Notes under the pieces: model-generated
The model's database searches: none
Told to the model about the DNA's origin: nothing
What the model saw: only the letters and a program-made list of their open reading frames with translations
Position numbers and translations under genes: made by a program
In this document: positions 28,019 through 42,646 of the stretch, piece by piece
How positions within the stretch are numbered: position 1 is the first letter of the stretch
How the letters are laid out: every line of letters starts with the position of its first letter
Origin: Auanema rhodensis
Lineage: Eukaryota > Animalia > Nematoda
Length of the DNA: 64,000 bases
Reading direction: 5' to 3'
NCBI GenBank assembly: GCA_964057225.1
Contig: OZ059897.1
Span: 8,618,001 to 8,682,000 of the forward strand

Positions 28019-28273
28019 TCATACTTTCCCACGTTGATTTTCGAAGTATTTTTGTACAAATCGCGTCTGTAAGCCTTAACAAGTTGTATTATCTTATAGA
28101 ATTTCCTGCTCACGTCCTCTTTTATTGTCCGTTTTCCACTATATGCATTCGCTTCTTCTTGTCAGCTGCCACTTAATTAATTTGGTATGCACACATCGTT
28201 GCGGGAACATGCAAAGCTTGAATTTTCTTTCTTTTTTTTCTTTTTTTTCCGAGAAGAACTTCCTATATTTTCA

Positions 28274-28276
<3 letters not shown>

Positions 28277-28343
<67 letters not shown>
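28277..28343. repeat. (TA)n microsatellite
   Basis: Direct reading. Confidence 0.95.
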
Positions 28344-30341
28344 TACCAATAGAAGCAAAATTGTACATTGTTTACCTTTGTCTTTGTTTATTAAATTGTT
28401 CAAAGCTGCTTGTGATTCTCGAATTTTTCAGTTGTATCTTCTCTTTTGATGATTTTTTTGCCGCAGAAATGTATGAAGTCATTAGTTTGGCTTGTTTTCC
28501 AAAACATTGGCTTGTTTTCTATGATATGAACGACGGACACGGACTATCCGTTGTCTATAGTTTTATTAGTACTACAACGTTTTCCATCTTTAAGATATTA
28601 GTTGCTTAGGAAAAGCTGAAGGAAAATATTTTTGGTTGTCTCTTCGATCTCGACAAAAACAGAATGTTTTTGACTCACCCACTCTCGCAACATCATATTG
28701 AATAACAACAGTTCCATGGCAGATCCATCAGTAGCTCTTTCTCTCTCTCCCCTCTCTCTCATTCTGTCCCATTCAGCCTTTTACTTCTTTTCTCATTCTT
28801 TGTCTCTAGTTTTCCGTTTTTTTTTAATGATTTTTTCATTTTTTTACTAAATATTATTTCGTGCAATACATTAGATTCAGTGCAATTCGTTTTTTCTTTT
28901 ATCATTACACATGAACATTTTTTTTTAACACATCATCGATGATTGTGCTGACATTTCTTTCCCAGAATGTCATCATAATATTTCCACAAACTTACTATGC
29001 TCAACTTTCCTATATGAATCATCATGAATCGATTTCTAAAATTTGTCAAATATTTGTATTTTATTGATCTTTCCCAGAGAAATTTGCGCTAGACGTAGAA
29101 GTACATGTCTCTCTTTCTCTTTCTCTTTTGGCTGTTAACCCCTCCCTCTCTTACTGCTTGTCTATTTCTCTTGATAACTACTTTCATAGTGTTTTGTGTT
29201 CTCTGGCGATCATTGAGAACTATGGGTCTAGTTGCTCTTGATGATCTGTGTTAGATTAGTTCGTGTTCATCTTTCGCATGTGGTTTTGGCTTTCCTAGCA
29301 TAAAACAGATCAGTCCGACCAGAACTGCTAGTAGTAGCGTATCGATAAGTATCAACCAGAAGATTTTCGATGTTTTTCATTATTTTCGAACCTTCTAAAG
29401 TATTATTTGAATTGTTTCTTTTAATTCTGCCGAATTATTCTTTTTATTCATTCATTTCAACCAAAAATATTGACAATTTTCTACTCTGTTGTTGCTGCTA
29501 GAGAGAGAGCATTGGTTCTATAAGCTGATGATGGTAGAAAAGAGAGAAAACACAAAACTCAAAAGAGAACGGGCTCCGAGTCTGAATGAAAAACACGGCA
29601 TACGTATATGATAGTTTGAACTTGCTCTCATCTGGTTTCTCTTTTCCCTTTTTCTCTTATTTGTCTGTTATCACTTGACCTTTTTCATGAAACTATGCTT
29701 GAATATATGTACATTAGAAGAGAAGCAGTCAAAGATGATGACGATGTCTATATATCTCATGCAGCGACCATTTACATAAGAGTTTGATTTCTATGCTGCT
29801 TAATAATACATGCTATTTGTTTTCAATAATAAAATCATAAAAGTAGTCAGCTATGGCTTTTGGTGGTAGTAGGGGGTAGTAGTAGTTAACATTGAGAGAT
29901 AGATAGAAAGGGAATGAGAAATAGAAATATATAAAGAGAGAGAGAAAGAGAAACGGCTAGAAGGGGGGAAACAACCGAAGAAAATATGTTTTTCCATAGC
30001 GCGAAGATTTGTCTTTTTTTCCATAAAAATATTCCACCTTTTTTGTACCAAAACAAGGCTTTTTTAGCAATGTGTTGGTGCTATCAGAAAACAAGATGTC
30101 ACCGACAATACTGAATACGACGACATAATATTACGTAAATAGTGTGATGTGGTATAAATGTTTATGCTAGATGCCTGTGTCTATCGTACGAGTACTGGAT
30201 TGTTTTGGAGATAGAGAATGAAGTGGAAAATTAAGAAAATCTCTAGTCTTTAAGAAAAGTGTTTTGTTGTGTCTGCAAAACCAACTGATTCGAAGTTTTT
30301 GCCGTCGAGTTCATGATGTTCTTGACCACATCCCCTTGCGC

Positions 30342-30396
30342 AGACACACACGCACAGACACATACACACATACATAGACACACACATACACACACC
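30342..30396. repeat. Degenerate (CA)n microsatellite
   Basis: ACACAC/ACATAC tract. Confidence 0.8.
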
Positions 30397-33300
30397 CATA
30401 TCCGCCGATGTATCTCTCGACACATGCCATCAAGTTTTCACATCAAGCTGTTCATGTATATGGCTTTTGTGTGCCGCCATTCACAAAAATGCGGATATCA
30501 TCCCACTACATCCAAACATGCCTTAGTTTTCAGTCTCTATCTTTGAGCATCCGAACACAACTTGTTACAGAAATAGCAAATCTTGATGTTTCCGTGGCAA
30601 CTGATCATTTGTTATTGTTTTGAAAAAAAAGATTTCGAATTCCGTATAGTCGTCAGATTCGTTGATAATGTTTTCAAGTTTTCGCAAGTTATTTAAATCT
30701 AAGTTTTTCATCGAAAACCTTCAATTTTTCTGTTGTTGGTCCTGAATATATTTTAAACCTTAGTCTTCAGCGCATATTTGTCTAGATTATAGCACTAGTC
30801 TTTATTCTTTTAGGCTTTTTACTGGCGAAGTCAATTTAATAAGAGTTGTCTTTGGTCTTGAGATGCAAGATAATTTTTGTTCCCATTTACATATCTAATA
30901 GCAAGAAGAAGAAGAAGAAGAGAAGAAAAAAATTGTTCCGATAATCACTATTCAATCCTAGAAAGCTTAACCAAATACTAGATGAAATAGAAATCCTTCA
31001 AAGTTCAAACTATAATTCTGCTAGTTAGTCAAGCTGCATGCTTGAATAAAGTCAATAAAAAGGTTAAGATATGTAACTAATGAAGCCCTTTTCTGTATAT
31101 TTTGATTTAAAAATAGGTAAAATCTTGTGTAATCAGTTCGGAGAATGAAAGGACAATCTGAGTAATTAGATTTTATGATCATTGCTCAAAACTCGACATG
31201 TCATATTAGCCCACTCCCCTTTTCGCCACTAACTACTTTATTGGTTATCTGAAAGAAGAACGAAATGAATATTATTATGATCAAAGTTATTATTCAATTT
31301 TCACTCTTTCTCGATCTCTCTCTTATTTCATAAAAATTTGTTTACTTTTGTTTTTTACCTTCGATTGACTCGAGACGCTCTCGATTTCGTTTTCTGTGAT
31401 CTTTGTCATCACCATGATTTTCGCTTTTATAAAATTATAGCTGTGTAACCAGTGAACAGGTTACTACTTCCTTCCTTCTCTTCTATCATATTTTCTTTTT
31501 TTTCGACGTAACCTCTCATTTATCTCACTCTCTATATGTATATACTCTTATCTGAGTGATTAGATGACAACGCTATCGGTTTGCCAAAGTCGACCCTGGA
31601 GCCTGTTTATCTATCTAGAAGCTCAGAACAACAAATTATTTGTCTTCTTTCTCAGTTCTTTCATTTTTTTCCTGAACAACCCAAACAGCCGGTGTTGTTC
31701 TTTGGAACTCTGTTTTCATATTTTCATGGCATGTAGTACTAATAAACTATTTTCCAAATTAAATCCTTCTGCAAAAATTTGAGCTACAAAGCCTATTGCA
31801 GCATTTAAAGATTCTACAAAATGCGAGTAGTTCTGTTCACAAAGGTCAAATAGCGTGATAAGCTATGAACATTCACTCAAGTATTGAACGAAAAGGTCGA
31901 AAGCAAATGGCTGGAGAAGAGTTCATTCTGTGCTAAATAGATCCTGACGTCTTGGGCTGCTATCAACAGCTTGATGAAATTTAATCGTTCTGAATTGATT
32001 GGCCACATGGAGTCTATTTTATGTTTTATATTTTTTTCTTTTTTATAAAAAGTTCTATTTGCAATATTATATCCATTTAATGTTTCAATTGTATTTATCT
32101 GCTTTATCTGTGCTGTATGCACTTGACCTTGATTGTCATTTACTGTCCTCAAAGTTCGGAAGAAAGGAGTAGCGATATCGTCAATCCATCAGAAATCCTT
32201 GAAAAATATCTCATGATTACTGTTTAATTCGTTACTTTTTTCTTTGTTTTACAAGTATTGGATAACTTTTCTTCTTCATGATTTCATAGGATACAAACTC
32301 CATTAGGTCTTGGTTTGCGTCTTTTTAGATAGAGAGAAAGATTGAATGAGTGGCCTAGATAGGAAAAGCAAGGAAGCATACACATACACCCTGACAACAG
32401 CAAGTAGTCGTGCCAGCAACCATAGGAACCAACAACTCAACAGAAGACAAACTTTACTTCAGTCATTGGTCTGCTCAAGAATTTCATTGGTCCTATGAAT
32501 TTAAGGATTCGCTTTGTTGACTCTCTAGTTCTGAAAGAATAACCACTATTTCTAATTCTTTCTCTCAAGGCCATATGATATATAACTTATACGACTTCGA
32601 TGTGTATTACGTACGAGGGTTCAGTTCACCCACGGAATATGACAGCTGATTTTGATCAAAAGTCAGTTAGTTAGCAGAAAATGGAAACAGGGTGAGAGAG
32701 AGGGCAGGCAGCATGCAAGGCAAATTAAATATAGTGTACTAGCTCATTGAGTTTCGGCTATTTTGACCTCCATTTGTGTTGTCTTTGCCTTCTTTTCATC
32801 AGAATAATCTCTCATCTCTTCTACAGCTATCTCTTTGCATCCCTCCGTCTGTTGACCCCTCTTCTCCCGATTCTTGTTTTCCGTCCCCCTGTCCTCGCAT
32901 CTCTCACTCCCTCTCTCTCTATGTCTCTTCCTCAGTAAGTCGACCAACGACCACGCGTCGCATTCCTTCGCACCATCGCCGAGTACTTGCTCAGCATATC
33001 GGACGTCTTTTTCTCTATGTGTGGTTATTGAACATGTTAATCTTCACTTAAGCATCACGTGAATATTCCATCTAAACTCTGATTATCGCTTTCATATTTC
33101 ATCATTTGTCGTTTTTTGATTTCCCTCTCCTTTCTTGCGTTTATTAGCTAGAAAGTTTTTAATTTGTTTCTGCTATCAATTTGTATAAGACTCAAATGAT
33201 TCTTGGTTTTGCGCTTTCGTCGTCATTTAATCGATTTTTGCTTGCACTTCCCATATGCCTATATAGAATAAGAAGAATGTGTCTCTTTTTAAATTTTTTT

Positions 33301-33461
33301 TTAATTATAGTTCGTTTTGCCTTAATCTTTATGGGACCATAAGTTTTTCTATTTTATTCTTTTTTATTCTTCTTCCTCTTCTTTTTGTAATGCTTTATAA
33401 TACAGACCGCGTTAGTGTTATGTTAGCAAAGAAATGTAATTCAAAAAAATCAATTTAGAAT

Positions 33462-35099
33462 ATGGGAGAATCACTGAGTCCAGTGAGGCCAGCAGATAGT
33501 TGGTCCACGACCGATGTGAGATCAGTTGTTCATAAGTAAGTAACCCTTTCCCATAATTAAGTTTATAAAATGATTATTAATTCAGTCATTTGTGGAAAAT
33601 CAGAGGTTTCAGTCATTGTGAATGCCGATATTTAGAAACATCTGCTAAAATCAGAGACGTTTCAGTGAGTTGTTTTATTTAATTTTAGTCATCTGTCAAT
33701 TATTAATTTTTTTAGAGCTCAGCCACAGCAACTACTAACGATGGTTCATTATTGACCTTTCGCATACGGTTACATCCTCAAGGCAACAAAGAATCTAACA
33801 AAGATTTCACATTCTTCCAGGTGTTTATTTGATTAAAAATAATATCATATGATCTGAAATTTCAGTGTTTTTGCCACAATCCCTCCCAACATCTCAGATC
33901 TAAATATAAGTTCACAGTGTTGAATTCACGAGGTGAAGAAATAGCCACCACAGTTTATACGGGGACACAACAGGTATATTTCTTCCTGTTTGATAATATT
34001 TAATTGTTTGTTTTTCTAGCTCCACGGCTATTTTGAATACATTCGGCGGGATTTATTAATTAGTCATATTTTACCACAAGATGAACTTCAAATTAATTTG
34101 GAATTAACTGTTACATTTGATACTATAACTAAAACTAGTCAAACTTCTAAATTATCGCCGTTACCTTCACCCAAATTAGAAGAGGTATGTTTTATGATGT
34201 TCCCAGGTTATGCTTTAAACTTCAGTTTCAGGTTTCTAAAGATCTAGAGGAAATATTTAGCGAGTCAAAATTATGTGATTTCAAAATAGCTGTTGGTGAT
34301 AAAGAAATTTCAGCTCATAAAGTTTGTTGTTGGAGAGCTGTCTCATCTTTTTTCTTTTATTTTCAGGTTGTATTGTCAGCACGATCTCCAGTATTTGCTG
34401 CCATGTTAGAGCCTCATACGGAAGAAGCCCGCTTAAATCGAGCAGTAATAAAGGATATTGATTACGATGTAATTTATATATTCGTTATCTTTTTATTATG
34501 GCTTTCCTTATAGGTTATGCATGAACTATTATTATATTTATATTCCGGTCGTTCCCCGAACTTATCTCAAATGGGCTTGGAGTTATTATCGGCTGCTGAT
34601 CGATTTCAAGTTCCAGGGTTAAAAATAATGGCAGATCATGTAAGTCTACTTGTATTTTCACTAATAACTAATTCAAATGCTTTTCCAGGTTTTACGTAAT
34701 ACATTAGCTATTGAAACATGCTGTCGAAATCTCGCATATGCTGATCTCTATAATTCTCAGGACTTACGAACTGAAGCTATTCGATTTATTACTAATAATG
34801 TGCAACAAGTTGTTCAAGTAAGTTACAAATAATCGAATAATGAGCATATTTCATTATTTATAGACTGACGGTTGGAAATTTCTGAGTAGAGATCACCCTG
34901 AACTTATAACAGAACTTTTTGTCCATATTGCCGAGAAAAAATCAAATGCAGTATCATCGTCAAATTCAATTAGTTTTAGTAAGTAGCAACTTAAATCAAA
35001 TCATTTCATAACACAATTCTTCGATTTCCAGGCCAATCACCAGTCCTTGAGCCTACAGTTAAACGGTTACGTACTAGTGACACTCCTGGATCAGATTGA
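33462..35099 (+). CDS. MATH-BTB (SPOP-family, bath-40-like) Cullin-3 substrate adaptor, multi-exon
   Basis: MATH: HLWKIRGFS, FRIRLHPQGNKESNKDF, GYFEYIRRD. BTB: LCDFKIAVGDKEISAHKVVLSARSPVFAAML, ELLSAADRFQVPGLK. C-terminal PTVKRLR NLS-like motif. A further upstream exon is not excluded. Confidence 0.92.
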
Positions 35100-36117
35100 A
35101 TATCAGATTAATATTTATAATTTTTATTTATAAGAGTTTTTCGTGCTCTGACCTTTTCCGCAGAAAACAAAACAGGTTATTAGCTCATGTTTATCATAGA
35201 GGAAGACGTGTAACATCTTTATTTTTACCGTTTTGTAATACTATATTCATTTATCTTTTTTTTTTTAAATTATACCGGTTCTCAGACATGCCTTTTATTG
35301 CATAATGTTATGCTGAACCGGAGACATAGCATTTCGTTGGAATCTAATATACCTCAATTAATATACATGTTTTATCATAAATTTGAACTGAAACTTGCAT
35401 GATTTTAACAGAATCTTTTTAATTTTATAATCATAATTTTAATGTTTGAACCATCAGTTATGTAATATACTCCCATTTAATATAATATTAACCTTTTTAT
35501 CAGGATGGTTAATATAATTTGATCTATGTTTTAATAAACTTTTCATATGACTCTCTATTACTTATTTTGTTCGAAGTTTAATCTTCAAAGTTATGAATAC
35601 AAGTAAAATTCTGTTGTAACTTGAATTTGATGATTAATATCTCCAGAAGGGTTTGTAAATAGTTTTCCAAACAGAAGAAACGCTGAACCAAGTGTTAAGC
35701 ATAGCTATGGGCAAAACAGATTTTGAAAAAAACAGCATTTTCATAAAAAATTGATCTATTTTATTTTGATAATGATAGCTTCAATTTATTTTCTGATTTG
35801 TTTAGACGAAAGGTCGGGGCAAGGGGCTTGGGCCATGGTACAAAGTACATCGTCTCTGCGACCCTTGTTCCTTCTCAAATACAAATTCTATAGCTAATCA
35901 TTTTAAAAAATTAGGACTATGTCATTTGAAACATTCAGATCATACTTAGTAGTTGCTAATATATATATTTATATTTCTGGTTTGTATCTGTTGTTTTTCA
36001 TTTTATCGATTCGGCTGCATCGCTATTTATTTGTTTTTGTTTTTCAATAGATTATCTTGTTTTCGATTATTGTTCATTGGTTTTCTTTGGCTTTTCTCAT
36101 TTTCTTTTTCTTTAAGG

Positions 36118-38572
36118 ATGCTTAGTACCCTTGCTAAATCTGCTCTTCGACCTCTGGCTCGCCAAGTTAAGTATGTTTTTATGTTCATAATTCTTATTTG
36201 AATGTGATGATTCAGAGTTGCTCAATATGCTTCAGCTGCTTCAACTGGAGCTAAGGAGCAAAAAAAACCAGAGGTATTCATTACTTTGTTTTTTCTTTTT
36301 TTCTTAAGTTTTTTCTGTTTGATTCAGGATTCTGAATCCTTCTGCATGAACTTATTCCGCGGAAAAGCTGTTACACACCAAGTATTTCCATATCCTTTGA
36401 GTCTCGATGCTGATCAGAAAGAGACTTTGAACATGATTCTCGGACCTACCGAGAAGTTCTTAACTGAAGTTAATGATGTTGTCAAGTAAGTAAATAAGAA
36501 CAAAGAGTTGATTCTTTTGTTCTTTCTCAGGAACGACGAGACCATGGATATCCCAAAAGAAGTCCTCGCTCAATTCGCTGAACTAGGGGCTTTCGGCGCT
36601 CTAGTACCTGTTTGTGCTTTAATATATAACACATAATCCTATATTTTATTTAAGCCTGAGTATGAAGGAGCCGGACTAATTAACAGCCAAATGGCTCGTT
36701 TAGCTGAAGTTGTCGGAGCTCATGATCTCGGCCTTGGAGTTGTGATGGGTGCTCACCAGGTATATCAATTTTTGCTTCAGATTTCTATAGCATTTCATGT
36801 TTATAGTCTATTGGCTACAAAGGTATTCTTCTTTTTGGTACTGATGCTCAAAAGGAAAAATACCTTCCTGATTTGGCTACTGGCCGCAAATTTGCTGCTT
36901 TCTGTCTCACTGAACCATCTTCTGGGTCTGATGCTAACGTAATTTTCAATGTTTTTTTATAATAATATTAAACATTTTATTTTAAGTCTATCCGTACACG
37001 AGCAGAATTATCTCCTGATGGAAAGCATTACATCTTGAACGGTGGAAAGATCTGGATCAGTAATGGAGGATTCGCTGAAGTTTTTACTGTTTTCGCTCAA
37101 ACCCCTATCAAGCAAGCCGATGGGTCCACTAAAGATAAAGTTACTGCTTTCATCGTTGAAAGAGGTTTTGGAGGAATCACCAGTGGACCACAAGAGAAGA
37201 AAATGGGTATCAAGGGATCCAACACAACTGAAGTTCACTTCGACAACGTTAAGGTTATTGTGATAGTAACTTTGATTAGCTTATATCTTCTTCATATAGA
37301 TCCCTGTCGAGAATGTTCTTGGCAAGGAAGGAGAAGGATTCAAGGTTGCAATGAATATTCTTAACAACGGAAGATTCGGAATTCCTGCTGCCTGTACTGG
37401 TGCTATGAAGCACTGCATCCAGAAAACCGTAAGCTTGATCTCTAAGAAATTATTTAAAGTGTTTTTTTCAGATTGATCATGTTACCACTCGCGTTCAATT
37501 CGGAAAGAAATTGGAAGAGTTCGGAAATGTCCAAGAGAAGCTTGCTAACATGGTAGCTCGTCACTATGCTACTGAATCCATTGTTTACATGCTTGCTGCT
37601 AACATGGACCGTGGAATTACTGATTATCAATTGGAGGCTGCTATTGGAAAAGTCTTTGCTTCCGTGAGTATTTGTAGTTTCTGATAATTTCAAGCATATG
37701 TGCTATGTTTAGGATAACGCTTGGTGGGTATGCGATGAAGCTATCCAAGTTCATGGTGGTATGGGATTCATGAAGGAAACTGGACTCGAAAGAGTTCTTC
37801 GTGATCTTCGTATCTTTAGGTATGATTTAGAAGAAACCTATTGCTTACTGGTTTATTGCCTCTCAGAATTTTCGAAGGAGCTAACGATATAATGAAGCTG
37901 TTCGTTGGTTTAACTGGATCTCAGCATGCTGGAAAGCATCTCCAACAACTTGCTAAGGACATCAAGTCTGGTGGATTCGGAACTCTTTTCGGAGAGGTTG
38001 TCAAACGTGCCAAGGGGTAAGAAAAATTGTATGTGTGTTCATACGATTTTTTAATAATTATAGTGGGGATACTGGAAGTAACTTCGGATCCGTTGTTGAC
38101 TCTTCCTTAGCCAATGAAGCTTCTCAACTTGACGGATGTATTGCGACATTCGGAAAGACTGTCGAAGGACTCCTCATGAAGCACAAAAAGGGAATCATTG
38201 ACCGTCAATTTGAAATTATCCGTGTAGCTGACGCTGCCATCGATATTTACAGTATGATCGCTGTCCTTTCTAGGTTTGTTTCCTTATTTGTCGCTCATAC
38301 TTATAGAAATGTTTAGATGCACTCATTCCATTAACAACAAATCTCCCAGCGTCGATCATGAAAGAGATATTGCCCAATATTACGTCCATATCGTGAGTTT
38401 AAGAAAGATTTTTAAAATTTAAAAATAATTTCCGTAGGCCTCTCGTCGTGCCTTAGACAACTTGAAACTCGCTGCCAGTTCTTCCGACAAGGAGCCTAAA
38501 CTCATTGAAAAAATCTCCAGAGCCGTTTGTAATAATGGACGTCTTCCACAAGAACATCCCATTGATGTTTAA
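36118..38572 (+). CDS. acdh-12: Very-long-chain acyl-CoA dehydrogenase (ACADVL-like), mitochondrial
   Basis: Mitochondrial presequence [87 protein letters not shown], plus the VLCAD C-terminal extension. Confidence 0.93.
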
Positions 38573-39028
38573 AGCCTGCTAGCTTTAAAAGTGTCATTTA
38601 TGCATCCAAAAACAAACATCTTGTATTATGCCTTTCGATTGATTATGTGTAATTAGAAGCTGGTGTAGTAGTCATACTTATAGTGCAATTAGTTATATGT
38701 ATAATATAAATTATTTGACGTTGAAGCATTCATAACAACATTTCATTAGAAAAAAAAGGAAAAAGATTAATCATCTTCGTTGTGTATTATTATTAGCAGT
38801 TCATACACATTTTTCGGTAATTAGGCTGTTGGTTTGAACACATAAGTTGTTGCTAGAGACTTCTATAGCCTTATCACTTCTTATCAATCAATACAATACA
38901 GCAAAGTATGGGCAGACTACAATCACCCGAGCAGAAAACGCAAAGTCCGAAACAAAACGCCTTCAACATACCGAAGTTATTGTGAGATTTTACTTTTGAA
39001 ATTGCGCCAGGTACCTCATTTTCTCGAC

Positions 39029-40510
39029 ATGGATCCTAAAGCTGCTCGTGATCATAAGGCCGATCCACAATATTTCGAATACCAGTCGCGTGATGCTATA
39101 ATTTACGCTTTGGGAAGTAAGTTGTGATTTGTTAGAGATGTTATATTGATTGTTTTGATTATAAGTTGGTAACCGAACTAAGGAAGACCTTCGTTATGTG
39201 TATGAGAATCATGAATTATTCATTCCATACCCAACTTATGTTGTAGCTCCTGGATTACTTTCAGTTGACATCATGTCGTGGCCAGGTTAATAATAGTTTT
39301 TTGAATTCTTCCATAAGGAAATATCGTTCTGATTGTCATAACTGTATTTCAATTGTTGTAGGAATTGATTTCGATCTTACTCGTATTCTTCATGGAGAGC
39401 AATATATTGAGATGTTTGATAACTTGCCATCTAGTGGCAAGTTGCGTTCAGAAACGCGCGTTCTTGATTTACTTGATAAGGGATCTGGTGCTTTGATTCT
39501 TTCGGAGGGTGATTAGTTTCTTAGTAATTGATATACAACATATTATCTTTTGAAGTTATTACTTATGATGATGAAACAAACAAAAAAATTTCTCGTCAAC
39601 TTGTAAGCACTTTCCAAACTGGAAGCGGGGGATTTGGAGGAAACAGAAGTCACCCTGACGAAGTGAAGCCAGCAACTATTCCCGATTCTCCTCCAGATGC
39701 TATTGTTGAGGAGTTAACAAATGAAGATCAAGTATATCCTTATTAGCTAAGCATATCCAATTATGGTATATAGGCAACCTTATATCGAATGGGAAGTTTA
39801 GATCTTAATCCTCTTCATGTTGATCCAATGTTTGCAACGGTAATGATGTCAAACCAACTAGTTTTATAATTGGTTTTGAATTCAGATGTCTGGTTTCAAG
39901 CAGCCAATTCTCCATGGTTTGTGTTCTATGGGATTTGCCTCAAGACATCTCATCAAAACATGGGCTGAAAATGATGCTAGCAGACTAAAAAAGATTAAGG
40001 TATAGATTGAAATTGATACGCATAAGAGGAAACACAAAAAAATTGTATGATACAGGTGACAGGGCAATCCTCAGTTTTTTTTTTGAAAATATAAATAGAA
40101 TGAAAGCAACCGCTCTTCGTGATGACGACACTTTAAATAATGTTACTTTATCGCCAGCCACGTACATTCTATGCTAATACTTTGACTTTTAAATGATAGG
40201 GTCGTAAAATTTATGAAGATGAAATGACCATTTAAAATTGATTTTATCACGTGGAAATCTTTGAAGGTCCGTTTCTCTGCACCCGTGCTTCCTGGACAGA
40301 CTTTGAGAACAGAAATGTGGAAGAATGGAAATCAAATCATATTTCAAACCAAGGTCAGCAATTCTGGGACTTAACTATTATTAATCAGAATTATATCATA
40401 ATATTCAGGTTAGAGAAACTGGCAAGATTGTTATAGCCAATGGATGGGCTGAAATCACAAAGCCTACTGAGAAGCCAACAATTCTCGAACGTCTTGCAGC
40501 TAAACTTTAA
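39029..40510 (+). CDS. maoc-1: Peroxisomal MaoC-type enoyl-CoA hydratase 2
   Basis: [73 protein letters not shown]; C-terminal PTS1 -AKL*. Confidence 0.93.
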
Positions 40511-42646
40511 AAAACAAAAAATTAACCTTGTTCTATAATAAATGTTTTTTGAACTAGAATAATGGGAGAGAGCAATCAAAAGAATACATTCACCCATAAT
40601 CACATAATGAACATAAAGTATATAGGCAAGCTACAAAAATAAACTCTATAGTTCAGTCGTCCGCAACTTTCTTTGCACGCTTAGTAAAGGAGAGTTCACT
40701 TGAAAAAATAGGAAAGGGAGATCGAACCACGAGACGAACAGAAGTGAATGTTTGAGAACAGAGGCGTTGTTGTGCAGAAAGTAGAAGCACAGCGACCTGC
40801 ACTTTCTGTCACAAAAAAACAAAAGTTCATTTCATCCCAAATCCTCCTCGAAAGATGGGTAAACAAAAATATTTGTTGGTTTATTGATTTCACTATCATT
40901 AGTCATGCTACACCTCTTCTTTTTACGTGATAACCTGACATTTCAACTGTTTTTTCCTGTTTATTTTCTCATACTAAACCGTTTCGTCATTAGTTCGATA
41001 TTTTCTCTGTTTCTAGTAATGAAATGCTACTATCTAGACGTATATTCGATTAGATCTATTCGTACAAATCTGACAGTTTATGCCTTTCCATTCGATTTAT
41101 GATCGTTCTATGAACAAGATAAAACTTGAATTTTGCATGGAAACCTTTCGCCTTACTTCTGCATCTACCTGGCTTTCATCTCTTCGACTTTTTCAAAAAT
41201 GAGAGAAAAGCCGTGATCATTATGTACACATGAACTTTTTGCTTAATGTTTCAATAGCTTTCATTTCAAATTCTTGCAATTAAAATTATAATATTGTACT
41301 TGAATGGCTCCTAATACACTCTCAAAACAAAGTTCTAATATTACAATCAAAGAACTAGTTGTAAGCTTTCAGAAGGTTATTTAATACTTCTTTATCTCTC
41401 ATGATGTAAATATAAAGCAATTATTTTATCTTGATCTGGGTTTAATAATTTATGAAACTAAGCAATATGTCCACCTGTTACATCTTACCTAAGAAAAATA
41501 AAGATCTTTGCCATCACCACTTAATATATAAAATGTGATTGAAGGAAGAAATTTCGTTGATTAATTGGGCGACAAAAATAGTCTTTTATGATCCATAGCA
41601 AGGGGGTCGGTCCAAAAACTCATATTGCCTGAGCACTGACAGTAAGCGGTCAATCTAGAAATTTCATTGTCAAGTGAGCAGCGCTAGAGGGCGGTTGTAC
41701 CAAAATATCACTTTAAAGCATAACCAAGACCACGATTGCTTAATACGAAATCTTCTCCTACCTTGTATATATGGTATAATATATTTCAAAAGTTACTTTT
41801 ATCGTTAATAACTTCAATTATTTTTTGTTTTCTTTTGTATTATATGATTCCGGATATATTATATATAGTTAAATTAACATTTCCTTAAAAAAATTTTGAA
41901 CCTCACTAACATTTAAAGTTCTTCTTTATTTCTGAAAACTTGTTTTCTACTAATTCAAAACAAAAACAAAATTCTATACGTTTTACTCTATAATGCCTAT
42001 TACTTGATTGCTCTAGCTTTGCTTGTGAAGTTAGACCTCTCATGTGCTCTTGAATATATAGTTTACGGTACGTTAGAAATTTTCAGTGCACTGACCTTTT
42101 CAATTTCACGACAAAACTTTTGTAATTCTCAATGTTTTGAATTTTAAAAATAAAATTGATTAATTATAGCTGGTAATTATAGTAAAATTATGATATAATC
42201 CCGTTTTCCTAAAATTTATGCTTAAATTTATAAGGCATCAATCGGCGAGATGTGATTGTTTGGGCATTAGAAACAATCTATGCACTCAAAGCAGTAGCGA
42301 GGTTTAAGCTCGTATGCTAATAATCATGCTTGAAAGAAAACTGTATAGTCTTCACTGTTATGATCAGTTATGTCACCTAGCCATCGATTTCTACTATTCT
42401 GTTGCATTAGCTTGCACTGATAACAGATTTACGGGCAAAGTTTCCAGGTCAGGACCCAGCGAGACTCCGCCTTTTGTTCTTTCTATATTATCGTTCCGAA
42501 ATTTGGCATGTTTCTTAAATTCGATGTTGTCTGTAAGGTGTAAAACCATAGATTTGATTTTGAAAATATATCGTTTACTATAATGAATCTTGATTGGATA
42601 AGCGTGGTTTCTTTTGCAGATTTAGCAATAACTACTTTCCCTGAAA

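Noticed and set aside
38908-38981. Upstream ATG ORF as a possible extra maoc-1 exon
   Set aside because: It would need a 29-nt intron and joins out of frame with the maoc-1 ATG.
41600-41660. GGTCGGTCC...CGGTCAA resembling Y/stem-bulge RNA termini
   Set aside because: The two motifs are in direct rather than complementary orientation, and there is no poly-T terminator.
42246-42350. Two hairpins separated by AAAGCA (H-box-like), possible H/ACA snoRNA
   Set aside because: No true ACA box, poor pocket geometry and no identifiable target.
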